Positions 14,601 to 24,865 of a stretch of 64,000 nucleotides of DNA are shown one piece after another (position 1 is the stretch's first letter; every line of letters begins with the position of its first letter). The stretch is taken from NCBI GenBank assembly GCA_905178155.1, contig CAJINV010000003.1, forward strand, positions 7,187,612 through 7,251,611, written 5' to 3'. This DNA comes from Amoebophrya sp. A120. Lineage: Eukaryota > Protista > Dinoflagellata. The position numbers and the translations under genes are program-made. The notes under the pieces were generated by a model. That model saw nothing but the letters and a program-made list of their open reading frames with translations. It made no database searches and was not told the DNA's origin.

Positions 14601-15914
14601 ACGTCAGGATCGAAATTGACAAAGTTGAAGTAATTTCTCATGCACATAAAGATAAAATGCATTCATAGCATGATACGCCTGTCTTGCAGGGGTGGCCGCG
14701 GCAAGTGTGGCCGATTGTAAGCCTGTTCGGGGTTTGCGATGCAGCTGCGAAAGTAGCACAGGACAGGAGCCGTTTTCATCGGTGCCCACACAGCATGACA
14801 AATTGGATTGCAATTATGCTTCCAAAATTTGTCACGCGCCAGTTAGAAACTGGATGTGGGTTCCGACTGGTATCCATTTTATGCATGACAATTTTATTTA
14901 TTTTCGACTACTTTAACCTTGTGTTTGTCAATTTCGATCCTGAGGACGCTCCCATAGTGATGTGCCTCGGCTTTCGGTCTCGGAATTGCACGGCCCAGGA
15001 GTCTAGGTTCCAGTGGTAGCAAACCGTATTTCCGCCCTCGGGTTTCTGCGCACTTGTGTCTCCCTCGAGGCGTGCGAGCGGCAGGCTATGGTGACACGGG
15101 TCTGGGTTTGGATGTCCGCACGTGCCCCAGGTACCGTCGGTATGCATTGCAAAGATGTTGTCTGGGCGGCCTTGTGGAACAGTGCAAGATATGTCCACCC
15201 GCTCGCCTAGAACGCAGTCATGCAGGTTACTCAAAGCCCCCTTGTTTTGTCAACTACATGCAGAGTTTTTCATGCTGTCTCGTAGCTTGAAAACTTGTCG
15301 CGCTGAGGTGTCAACTGATACTGAAGCGTCGTGGTGATCAATATCTTCCCAACAGGAGGAGTATCACAACTTTCCAGTTGACGATGACCCAGACGTATTT
15401 GCATTTGATATACAGGGTAGTTATCAGGGGCGGTCGTCAGCAGCTGTTCCTATGGAAGCGCCAGGATCGAACTCGACAAAGGTGAAAACTTTGCGATACA
15501 CGAAATCGACGCCAGTTGGAAGCCCAATTTCCAAGCGGCCGCGAATGACAAATTGATTTACGAGCTCCGGAATCCAGTTTGTGATGCTGTTTTGGCAAAA
15601 TTAGCGTCCCTTGTCGCGCTACTTTAGCAGGTCACTCTCCAACCACCAAACAGGGTTACAATTGCCCTCGTTTCTTGCGCGCCCTCCTTCCAATACAGAT
15701 AATTTATTGGGTATTTTTGCGTTTTACTTTTATCATGCATATACTTATGTCAATTTCGATCATCCTGACAATCCCATAGTTCCGGTGGCACGAACAGCCC
15801 GGTTGTCCCGGACGCAACGGCGGCCTCGACGCTCGGGATAGTAAACGACGACGACCCGCCGAGAAGTCGTGGAGCTGCCAGAAGCCAAGACGTAAAAAAG
15901 ATCAGCAGGAGCAT
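5656..15914 (-). CDS. Large secreted multidomain adhesin/lectin-like protein (repeated F-type lectin/F5-8C-like beta-sandwich and PAN/apple modules), ~2290 aa, 12 exons; one frameshift and one in-frame TAA
   Basis: N-terminal hydrophobic signal (MLLLIFFTSWLLAA). Repeated CxH...WW/WLxxxF...GxVxFxR...GxxIxL...GTWxP...CGxWxYE modules and CAQWCAQEPxCGGV PAN-like modules. Exons total 6874 nt (3n+1), matching a single extra base near 11177-11180. Confidence 0.75.
5787..6154. mobile_element. Introner-like intron
   Basis: TATG...CATA; flanks TGCCC/TGTTC; internal GCATGACA motifs and a 27-bp tandem duplication near 5877-5930. Removal +5 nt joins YAQIG to EPGQKLLLHHF. Confidence 0.75.
6231..6669. mobile_element. 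Introner-like intron (related to families C/D)
   Basis: IR TATGCATCGCAAAA/TTTTGCAATGCATA (13/14); flanks GACTC/GATTC; removal gives LANPYNNARD. Confidence 0.85.
10389..10506. mobile_element. Introner, family A
   Basis: Perfect 5-bp direct repeat CTTCG; interior matches 26829-26937 (inverted) and 29939-30070; removal gives QCVEEAGMDF. Confidence 0.9.
12733..13079. mobile_element. Introner, family B
   Basis: Long imperfect TIR TATGGAAG.GTCAGGATCGAAATCGACAAAGTTGAA; perfect direct repeat TCACC; removal gives GTWVPVNKRAY. Confidence 0.9.
13152..13311. mobile_element. Introner, family D
   Basis: Starts TATCCTGTG.AAAAG; flanks GGCGC/GGCAC; removal gives YLDGATAPN. Confidence 0.85.
13774..14182. 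mobile_element. Introner, family B
   Basis: TIR TATGGAAGCGTCAG...GACAAAGTTGAAA / TTTCAACTTTGTC...CTGACGCTTCCATA; flanks GCCAT/GTCTT; frame restored. Confidence 0.9.
14245..14540. mobile_element. Introner, family C
   Basis: Ends TATGCATTGCAAA..TCTGGGTCTGGA / CCAGACCCAGA..TTTGCATTTGATA; removal +5 gives HGYPIEGASIYLN. Confidence 0.85.
14594..14956. mobile_element. Introner, family B
   Basis: Same TIR and interior as 12733-13079; flanks GTGAC/GTGAT; removal gives RHITGFTVFKRD. Confidence 0.9.
15141..15410. mobile_element. Introner, family C
   Basis: Ends TATGCATTGCAAAG..TCTGGG / CCCAGACGTATTTGCATTTGATA; direct repeat degenerate; removal +5 gives DNYPDGTWG. Confidence 0.8.
15451..15778. mobile_element. 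Introner, family B (interior inverted relative to 12733 and 14594)
   Basis: TIR TATGGAAGCGCCAGGATCGAA; perfect direct repeat GTTCC; removal gives FVPPEQLLTT. Confidence 0.9.
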
Positions 15915-17486
15915 AGTAGTTATTTGCTGCTGCAGCCCCAGTTGTAGTTCTCGCGGTTGCTTGGCGAGGATAAGCACAACGCTGGTGCGATTTGCTTCTG
16001 AAGATATGCTAAAATCGGCCAGCACGACAGGACGACAGGACGTCGGGCCAGGACGACAGGACGTTGACCGAAAGAGTCGCGCTAAAATATTTCTTGCGCA
16101 AGAAAGATGCCGAGCCTCGTCCACACGACTCGGCTTCGACTTATTCTTTTGTCGCTTAATAATTCTCATAGTTCTTGGTCCTCGTTGCTGCCGCGCCGGC
16201 CTTGTGAAGTAGATCGATCGTCCACCAGCTCCAAGTCCAACAACAGGTAATAGTCCTGTTGCCAACCTTTTTACGTCCGCAGGCTTCTTACGCCACTGTT
16301 ATACTTATTTGAACTGTTCTGAATACTGCACCTCGCAAAAGACAAAGAGCAAATACAAACTTCAGAAACTCAAAAAAGATGACAAACACATATGCGATGT
16401 CCCACCCTATGAATGAAATGCGAGCGTCGCCGACGCCGAGTTCTTGCTTGTGTATTGTAGGCACTTAAGAGAACAATGAAGAGCAGCTACTGCTTTTCCT
16501 TCCGTGATCGTTCGAACAAAAGAAACAGAAAAGCAAAACAAAAAGCGTTGAGAAGAAAAAGAAGAAACAGCTCCTGTCGCCAGCATTTGATTTCTCACAT
16601 GAAACCTTTCGCGCAGCAGGTGCAGGAGGTGGAGGAGCTTGATGCTCCTGCAGCTGCTTAAAATTATTCCAAGAACGGCGTGGGGCTTCTTCGCAAAAAC
16701 CATGACGGCAACAGGAACAGAGCATGACGATGACCAGTCTTCGTCTTTTTGCGTACAAAAAACTGAGGTCGGTCGTGCATCGTCGCATCACTCCTCGAGC
16801 GCTACGTACCGTCAGCAAGAAGCTGAAGTGATTCAATTTTACACGATAAATATACTCGAAACAAAAAAGTTGTGCAGGTAAAGGTTCTAGTGCCAAAACG
16901 ACGATACAGAGATGCAGTGGTGGCGACCCTCGCTTGCCAGCTTCCTCAGTCTCGTCACGAAAAACTAATTTACAGGTGAGTCAATAGGTCAATTTTTTAC
17001 AGTCCTGGTCAATTTTTCATATATTATACAGTGGCTTTCCGCTCGCAAATGAGCGAATCAATTATGTACAATGTCCAATCAAACAAGTCTTCAACAAGTC
17101 AAAGCTTCTTTTTAGTACTTCTACTTTGATACAAGTGAAACAGCTGTAGCCCGGAGTCCTGCCCTGCAGCTCCTGCCAACATAGTTTTATTCATAAAAAT
17201 TATATTCTAAGTACAACGCAAAAAACGAAACTCAAGGTTTTCCATTGTTCATATTCAAATCTACGCGTTGCGGCCTGAACCTGTCCGTTGTGCATACAGG
17301 TGTATCAGTATCCTAGCAAACACGGAAGTTGATAGAGAAAATCAACTGCAAATGCAAACACAACGAGGTTGCAGAGTCCATTTACTCAGATTAAAGTGGA
17401 TGTGATTTTCAGAGAGAACTAAAAGTGGATTTCAATTTTAAAATAGCGATGCTATCACTCCTCGAGAAGAAACTGCTTTCCACCGG

Positions 17487-20400
17487 TCACAGTTCCTCCC
17501 CCTTCGCAGACGTCGAACCGTTTGCCACCCAGGTAATGCGGCAGTCGACTTCGTCCCCGATTTCGAGCCCAATGGGGATAATCTGGAACCGCACGCCCTG
17601 CGCGAGCGTCTCGGCAGTCCACTGCACGTCGTCGCACGCTATCACGGTGTTTTGCGCAGCACAGATTTGGCACTGCGTCGTGTGAAGTTTGTTGACGAGC
17701 GGCATACCGATGGTAACGTCGAAGTCCAGCTCGAGCTTGTTGCCGCTACCCGTCAGAAACGCCGCCTGTTCCGGGCGCTGGCAGACACCGGACACGTTCC
17801 GGATCTCGTACACACCGAGGAAGGGAGACACGCCACACAGGTACCCGAAAAACTTATTCTGCCCATACAAGATCCCGATGTACACCTCGTGGTGCCGCTC
17901 CCACAAGTGCTGCAGCTTCTGTGTGAAGGCAATCCGCATACGGTAATTGCCCGGCCACTGGATAGTGCGTTTCTGCAACAAGGAGTCAAACGGCTTCAAA
18001 GAAAAAGCTAGAGCCTTTTTCATTACCCAACTGTGCTCCTCGTCCTCCTTCCGCACTAGCAAGAATTGATCTGCAGAGCCGAAGTTGATAAGATATTCAT
18101 TGGTTTTTCCACATTTAATATTCTTCGTATCTATACATTCATTTTTTTTCTACTATGCGAGTACAGAAGTTTACGTTGACCGTGCGACACTTCTGATGTT
18201 ACAACTCCTGGTCCAGCTCAGACACACAGAACTCAACAAAAACATCAGGAAACAATCGTGCACTACTACTTGAACAACTTCTTCGCATTGATAGATTGTT
18301 CTTCTCTCATCAAAATCAATCCGAAAATCATGACGGTGCGCATGTTGGTACCGAGATCTTCGTCGTCTTGCTGCTGTTGCTCCTGTTGTTTTTTCAACTC
18401 CTCCTGCTTTTTTTTCACTTCCTTTGCCGTCATACGTTGGTCCAGCTGCTTCTGCTCCTTCTTTGAGGTTCTGTAGTGTCGCACAGGTTTGTTGTTGGGC
18501 TTCAACACCTTGAAGACGAGCTTCAGAGCGCGTTGTTCCCGGGAAGTTGCGTCGCCAACCTTTACGCCGGTCTCTTCCTTCACAATGCTGGTCGCCAACA
18601 GAAACTGCACCAGCGCATCAATGTTTTGACTTGTTTGCCGGTAACATTGGCACACCTGGAAGTGAAAGGAAGTGGTCCACGATTCGCTTCCGGGTATCGA
18701 TTTACTTTGCCGTGAAGTGTAGCTACAAATTTACAAACTCCGTTTGGGCGGGCCGTTGATGCTGCCTGACCACCATGCCGATGATACACGAGAACAAAGC
18801 ATCACGTCTTGCGCGACCGTTCTTGATCTTGTAAGGCCTTACTTTATCTTTAGATAAAGAACACCAACATCCATACATCGTCATCGCGCAGTAACCTCAA
18901 GAAATAAATCGCCAGCCAGAATACACTTGAAGTTGGCGAGCCACGATAAAGATGGCGAAGGGGGTCGGAATCGCGATGATCGCTACAGTATAAAAAAATG
19001 AATCGACTACTTACACCCAAAACCCAACGAACGTGCTTTTCTATCATTTCTGATAGAAAAGCTTTCTGATAGAAAAGCACGTTCGTTGGGTTTTGAGCTG
19101 ACTTGTCCACCTTGTCAGTCCCTGCCACTCCTACAACAACTTAGCCGTACCTGCAAAACATCGTGAGTGCTCTTGTCGCGGTTGGCGTTCCAGCGCTCGA
19201 TGATGAGCAGCAACTCTCCCTCGTTCACGATGGCCAGGTCATCTTGGTCCAGAAAGGTGGACAAGAAGCTCGATTCGAGCGAATTCCAGCGCTGGTCCCA
19301 GGAGATCAACATCAGGTAGTTGCGGCTGCTTCCCATCTGCAGCAGGGCGTGCAGCATGTCCTTCTGAAACAACGGCTCCTGCACCGCGTTTCGCAAGTAG
19401 TACTCAATCTTGTAAAAGGACTCCGTAAAGTTGTCGTCGCCGCACACCACCTGGCACTTCAGCGGAAACCACTGCAATTTTTTCAGTTGTACTGTCAAAA
19501 ACAACCAGAACCATGAAGATGTATGTTGACTATTGAACGCAAACTCAACACCCTGCTGCTGCTCAAACCAGTTTCACTATTTGACGAGATAAAGAACAGC
19601 CGTCAGAGGATGGGTAGCTTGGGCGTACTTCAAAAACTCTTCCGGCCGCTTGAAAGCTGGCACTTGTTTTAGCCGAGAGATTAGAACGATCGCAGCCTCC
19701 TTGTCACGACATGTACAGCGATCTTTGAAAATGAAAACAAGCGCGAGGAAACGAATAAGGACAATAATATCAACTAAACCTATATTCTGTATGCGTATGC
19801 TGCGCTCTTGTCTTCCGCCTCCACGAGTTCTTCAAGAAGATGAAGAAGATTGATATAGACCATATAATCTCTATACCTTGATTAGAACGTAGAAGAGGTC
19901 GTCCATCGCAAACTTGGCGGCACAGAACAGCATCGCAAGCATGTTCTCCATATCCTGTGCAAAAGTATCGCACTCGTATAAATGCAAGGCTTGCATATAC
20001 AAGTCTTTATCTTAAGGGAAATCTGCATTACAAATTTTCTCTCTCATGCTGAGAAAATTTGTAATGCATTTATACGAGTACGATACTTTTGCAGTTCATA
20101 CTCCATCAGCGTCTTCTTGGCTTCCGCTCCCTGTGGCTCCATCCACAGGTAATCTATGCGGCCAAGGTACACATACCGCAGGATTTCTACTACTCGTTCG
20201 CCGTGCTCCACCATCTCGTATCGCTCCGCGAGGCTGTGAATTTTGAAAGTTAAAGTTTAAATTGCTGATGTGGAAATAAACCGCGATCTAGCTACAGTAC
20301 TTATTATCTATCGATGCGATCGCTATCCTCTTCGCGTCTAACAAATTATGATGAAATATCGTACCGCAAGGGGTCGCGCCTTTGCAATGCACCCATTTTC

Positions 20401-21689
20401 CCAAACAGTGGGTGCGCAGTGGAATATCCCATCTCGTATGGGACATGCTGGGGTTCCGTCGAGCGGTCATCGGAAAAGCTCGTAAATTCCAGGTCGGCTT
20501 TTAAGCGGTTCATCTTCCGCTTGGTCATCCACTCGCGCACAGGCACAGGATCTTTTTCTACGTAGATGGGGAGCGACTTCAGGTTCCTCTATGCAGTGCA
20601 AAAGTATGGCACTAGATAGTTCTAGTGTAGTAAAGTTGCACTTGTTCTTTAGTCATCTTTTCAGTACTGATTTCGGTAAGGGGGCAGAAGATTTGTCAGA
20701 TAAATGAATTGCACGAGCGCAATACTTTTGCCATGCATATCCGTACCTGGAGAGTGCCGTGGAGCCACATGATATACCGGAGAAAGAGGCGCTCGTCTAC
20801 TTTTTGTCGTTTCGTCCAGCAGAACCAGGACAATATGGGATATACGAAATCAAAAACAACAGGAACAGACTGTATGTTGTAAGAATATTGCAAAATATCT
20901 TCAAGGATGATCTAGACCTACCATATGAGAGAGAAAGGCACCGCACAGACATAAGTCTAGATGCCGGCCGTGGTCGGAAAAAAAACTATGTCGTCGAAGA
21001 GAAAATAAAGCAAACGCGAACCTGATCCAGGAATCCCGGCACACGTTTCAACACCGCGGAGTGGCATCGAAAAAGGGGCCCGTTTCGGACCTGCAACCCT
21101 ATGTCGCCGGATATGGAACCCTCAAGCGTGGTCTTGTTTGCTGTTACATGATTTGACCTGCGTTCTTTAATTTTGCCATGCAGAATTACCGCGGGGCTCC
21201 GTCATGATCATCATGTAATAGACATCACCCGCACGCAGCCCCAGAGGCCAAGGATCCCCTTTCCGGGGGGGTGGGCCTGGGCGAGGATGACGATGAGGAA
21301 GGTACTTCGCATGACCAGGCGTGGGCTCCAGCACGCGGAGGTGACGAACAAGCTTTTTCTCGAAACGCGCAACAACCTGAAATGTTGTTCCGAGTTTCAT
21401 CTAGTAACGCGACACGCGCAACCCCCCCCCTTTCAGTAGTTTTGCTACTCTTGTTGCATCAGAAATTCAAATTCATGCAACAACGAACTGTCAACGTAAC
21501 GCTTGAGAACTCCATACCGGAGGAAGTTTCGACAAAGCATTCCTTAAAGAGCTCAATGGACGCTTCATGGTCCGCGTTCGCTCGGGCCATCTGCTCCAAT
21601 ACCGGGAGCATCGGGTCAGCCAGGACGCGCGCGTCCAACTCCCCATCAGTCCGCGCCTTTTGACGCCCTCGCCGGGTGCCAGAAGCCAT
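17487..21689 (-). CDS. BTB/POZ-BACK domain protein, multi-exon
   Basis: FRCHSAVLKRV, ILRYVYLGRI and ENMLAMLFCAAKFAMDDL are BTB-like; FLDQDDLAIVNEGELLLIIERW is BACK-like. Not all junctions resolved. Confidence 0.7.
19018..19095. repeat. Perfect 29-bp inverted repeat (hairpin) within an intron
   Basis: CAAAACCCAACGAACGTGCTTTTCTATCA (19018-19046) and its exact reverse complement (19067-19095). Confidence 0.95.
19951..20100. mobile_element. Introner, family D
   Basis: IR TGCAAAAGTATCGCACTCGTATAAATGCA (one mismatch); perfect direct repeat CTCCA; removal gives KTLMENMLAML. Confidence 0.92.
20221..20358. other. Non-canonical intron bounded by perfect 5-bp direct repeat TCGTA
   Basis: Repeat at 20216-20220 and 20359-20363; removing 143 nt gives PLRYEMVEHG. 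Confidence 0.7.
20590..20739. mobile_element. Introner, family D
   Basis: TATGCA.TGCAAAAGTAT / ATACTTTTGCCATGCATA; flanks TCCTC/TCCGT; removal gives LQVRNLKSLP. Confidence 0.85.
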
Positions 21690-22685
21690 AGTTTCCACAA
21701 GCGTAGTAAACAATCCTCGTTTTATTTTGTGGTGGTAGTTTTTAGTCAGGCGTATGGGGCTCTTGGTCTATGTTTCAATGGCGCGCGATCGTGTTTAGTA
21801 CTTAGCTGGATCGAGGATCGAGTGTTGTTGATGACAAAATGCACTTTACGCGAATGCACCGATTACATGCCTGCAACACAACTTTGTCTTTGGTTGCACT
21901 AATGAATACCCGCCTGCTTACTTCCTCGAAAGCGAAGAACTACACGGATTTTATCGACGAACTCCCACAAACGAAAAGGATCAGACCTCACAAACCCCCA
22001 GGTGGCACCAAAACTCGGAAGGATTGAAGAGATAGCTACGCTGAATGTTTCGAATCGAAATCGATTTGATTTTGAGCTGGTGGAAAACGAATGCTAAAAT
22101 CGAACGTATGTTGATTCTTTAACGATAATCGCAACGATAAAAAGAATGGCGACGAATTCGTTCGAATCCTTCTTTAAAACCCTCGTAGCTTTATTCACGA
22201 GTCAGCGAAGCTCCTCCTTGCACGTAAGCAGATTTGACGATGAAAAAGAAAGACGAGGACGTGAGAAAACTCTCGCACACCGATAAAATCAAGAACCTGT
22301 GTCAACGAAGTGGTGAAAGAGCTATTGATTTGCTTATGTTAGTCGCCTTTCGCTTTCTCTACTACACTTACAACAAGTAAATCTGGAGCAGCTGCAGGTG
22401 CGACACAAAAAAATGCGTCCTCGACATATGGATACGCAAACGAGGACGAGGAGTAGCTTGGAAATCACAAACACAGGACGCATCAAAAAGTGCTAGACGG
22501 CTATGCGTGCTGCTTAGGTTTGATCAAAACCACGCTGTTGATGGATTGCGTATGTTTGTATTGACGTTTTCTGAAAAAAGTGTCGCTGCCGCTCCACTTC
22601 TATGGATGTTGATCTCGCATATCCTTGCGAGAGCCGAAAGTCGTAAATATGTTGAGATGAACGTTGAAACAAAACCGAACTCTTT

Positions 22686-24667
22686 CTATTTCGTCTTCAA
22701 CAGTTCGTCCAGGGCATGCAATACAATGAGACGTTCCGGAGAATCAGCATCGGCCTGCGATCGCAAGTAGCGCAGCACAGGCTCGGTGAGCGACACGACG
22801 CGGCTTCCTGACGAGTTTCTGTTTTTGCTCGCGGTGAATTGCTCATGCGGGCTAGCCCCGGCACCCTTCATTGCTGATTGGGAAGCGGAGGTGGCACTCC
22901 GCTGCAGTAGTGCTGTCAGGAGCCAACAGCACTCGGTCGACGAGAGTTCCGGGACCCGGCGACAGGTAAAAATCAGCCCGTCCAGCAAGATGCGACCGAT
23001 GCAGCGGCGCGCCTTCTCCTCCTGGTGCGAGCTGGCCTCGGGAAGAAGCAGCGCGATCTTCTTCTGCTGAAAGAAATGCTCCAGAAAAGCCATCTGGAGG
23101 TTCCAGAAAGGAGAAGCCGCGAAGTCAATGTATGAAAGTGCACAACTGCCCCTCCCACGTCGACCCAAAGAAATGCAAGGCATACACAGTACCAGCCAAA
23201 TAAGACAAAAAGGCATGACAGGTCCAGGTTCCCTGCAGACTGTAGTACTGCTACCGTCTGGGTTCCAGTTTGTCACGCATGCATGCTGATGCAGCCTAAA
23301 ATGTCAAACTATGCTAGTACAGCTGGAAGTGGATTAGTTGCAATTTTACACTGGAAAATGAGGTGGAAGTGGAGTTGTGCACTCTCATAAAATGTCGCCC
23401 GGAGGTTGTATCGATGTACCTGCTGCCGCAGTCGCTCCGTCATCAGCAGCGCCAGCGCTGGTGCTGCCGCCGCGCTTGTTACGCAGTTGCAAAAGGTCTC
23501 TGTGCTTGTAAAACGCAGTAAACGCGGTATCCGCGAGCCTCGCCAAAAAAACATCCTCACGAACCTCCTCTTGGGTGGTTCGGGTGAGAATGAGCGAGAT
23601 CCATTCCTCACTGAGCTTGCTTTCGTCCGTTTCGTCAACTAGTTGCGCCGTCTCATCTCCATGCTCGGTTCTTGCAGCAGTGCTACTTTCAACGTCCGCA
23701 TTCGCATGCATCAGCTGAAACAGCTCGTCAAAAAGCTCCGTTCGATCGAAATAGCGGAACAGACCCGCACGCGTGTACAGTTCGTGCAGCTGGCGATAGT
23801 CGGGGAAAATCTGACTGCCAAAGAAAAAGGCGGCAACCTGCGGGTTCGTATCCTGGATTGCGGTCTTCAGGCCTGCTAGCCCAGCGTATGAGAGTGCGCA
23901 ACTACTTCCCCTGCCCCTCATCTGAAGCGCATGAACAGCTGCAACACTACGAGCAGAAGCAACAAGCAGCTGCAACACAATCACAAAGACATGTGGCTTC
24001 TCCATGACTAATCTGCAACTGCAAACGGATTATCGTGCTGCTCTTGGAGGTTCCAAAATTTGCCACGCAGGCAGCGCGTAGAGCAGTCTGTCAGAGCGTG
24101 CACCATAATTGGGTATAAATATATAATGTTTTGCGTTTAGAAATGAGGAGGTTCTTCGGGGTGGGTTGTGCACTCCGATACGGCGCGGCGCTGCACGGCG
24201 CGCAGGCAGTTGCACCACAACTGCACGTAGAAGCAGGAGTGCAAAGTCTGATGCGCTGTGCTGCTACCCGCAGACTGGTCTTTCACATCGTGTTGCTCGC
24301 CATCATCGTCCAATTGAACACCGGCCGCTGCCAACGACCCTTCCAGTGGTCTGTTGTCCGCAGCGCTAGGCAGAGAAGTTGTAGAATCTTGCTTCCCGGC
24401 TTCGGATAGGGTGCCCGCAAGTGTTGATGCATTTGTTCCGGATGCAGTTGCAGCTTCTCCCAGTTGTACTGGGTTCAGTGTCTGTTGTTCCGCACAGTTA
24501 GGAGAGGGCTCGCTTGTTTCAACTGCGGTCTTATTGTCCGCACCAGTGCGAACGGCAACTGATACACCCGGAGGAGCTTCAACAAGCCCGACTGCTGTGC
24601 CTGTCTGCCCATTGGCCCTGCCGTTAAGCGGCGTTCCCGGGGTTTCCGGGAAGTCAAACCCTCGCAA
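22686..24667 (-). CDS. Hypothetical protein exons; gene boundaries uncertain
   Basis: Coding-like ORFs 24137-24667, 23385-24005 and 22686-23276; the peptide RGRG(S)SCALSY recurs at two exon starts. No family recognised. Confidence 0.45.
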
Positions 24668-24865
24668 AATATCGCTGGTGAATAGCCGAACCTTTGTTTT
24701 GGTTTTGGAGTTGGATCATGTTTTGGAAGAACACCACAGTAACAACAGGTAGTACATTCATTTTTCTTTTACACCTTCTCCAACCTGCAGCCTCCGCCCT
24801 TGGTGGTGACATTTGCGCCCCGAAAAACACAAGTATCATCAATCGTGGCTGAGGACTACTTTCAT

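Noticed and set aside
16028-16065. Short tandem duplications (CAGGACGACAGGACGT x2; also 39185-39232, 46481-46526 and GCCACCTCYGTGG x3 at 49382-49462)
   Set aside because: Consistent with ordinary slippage; no evidence of function.
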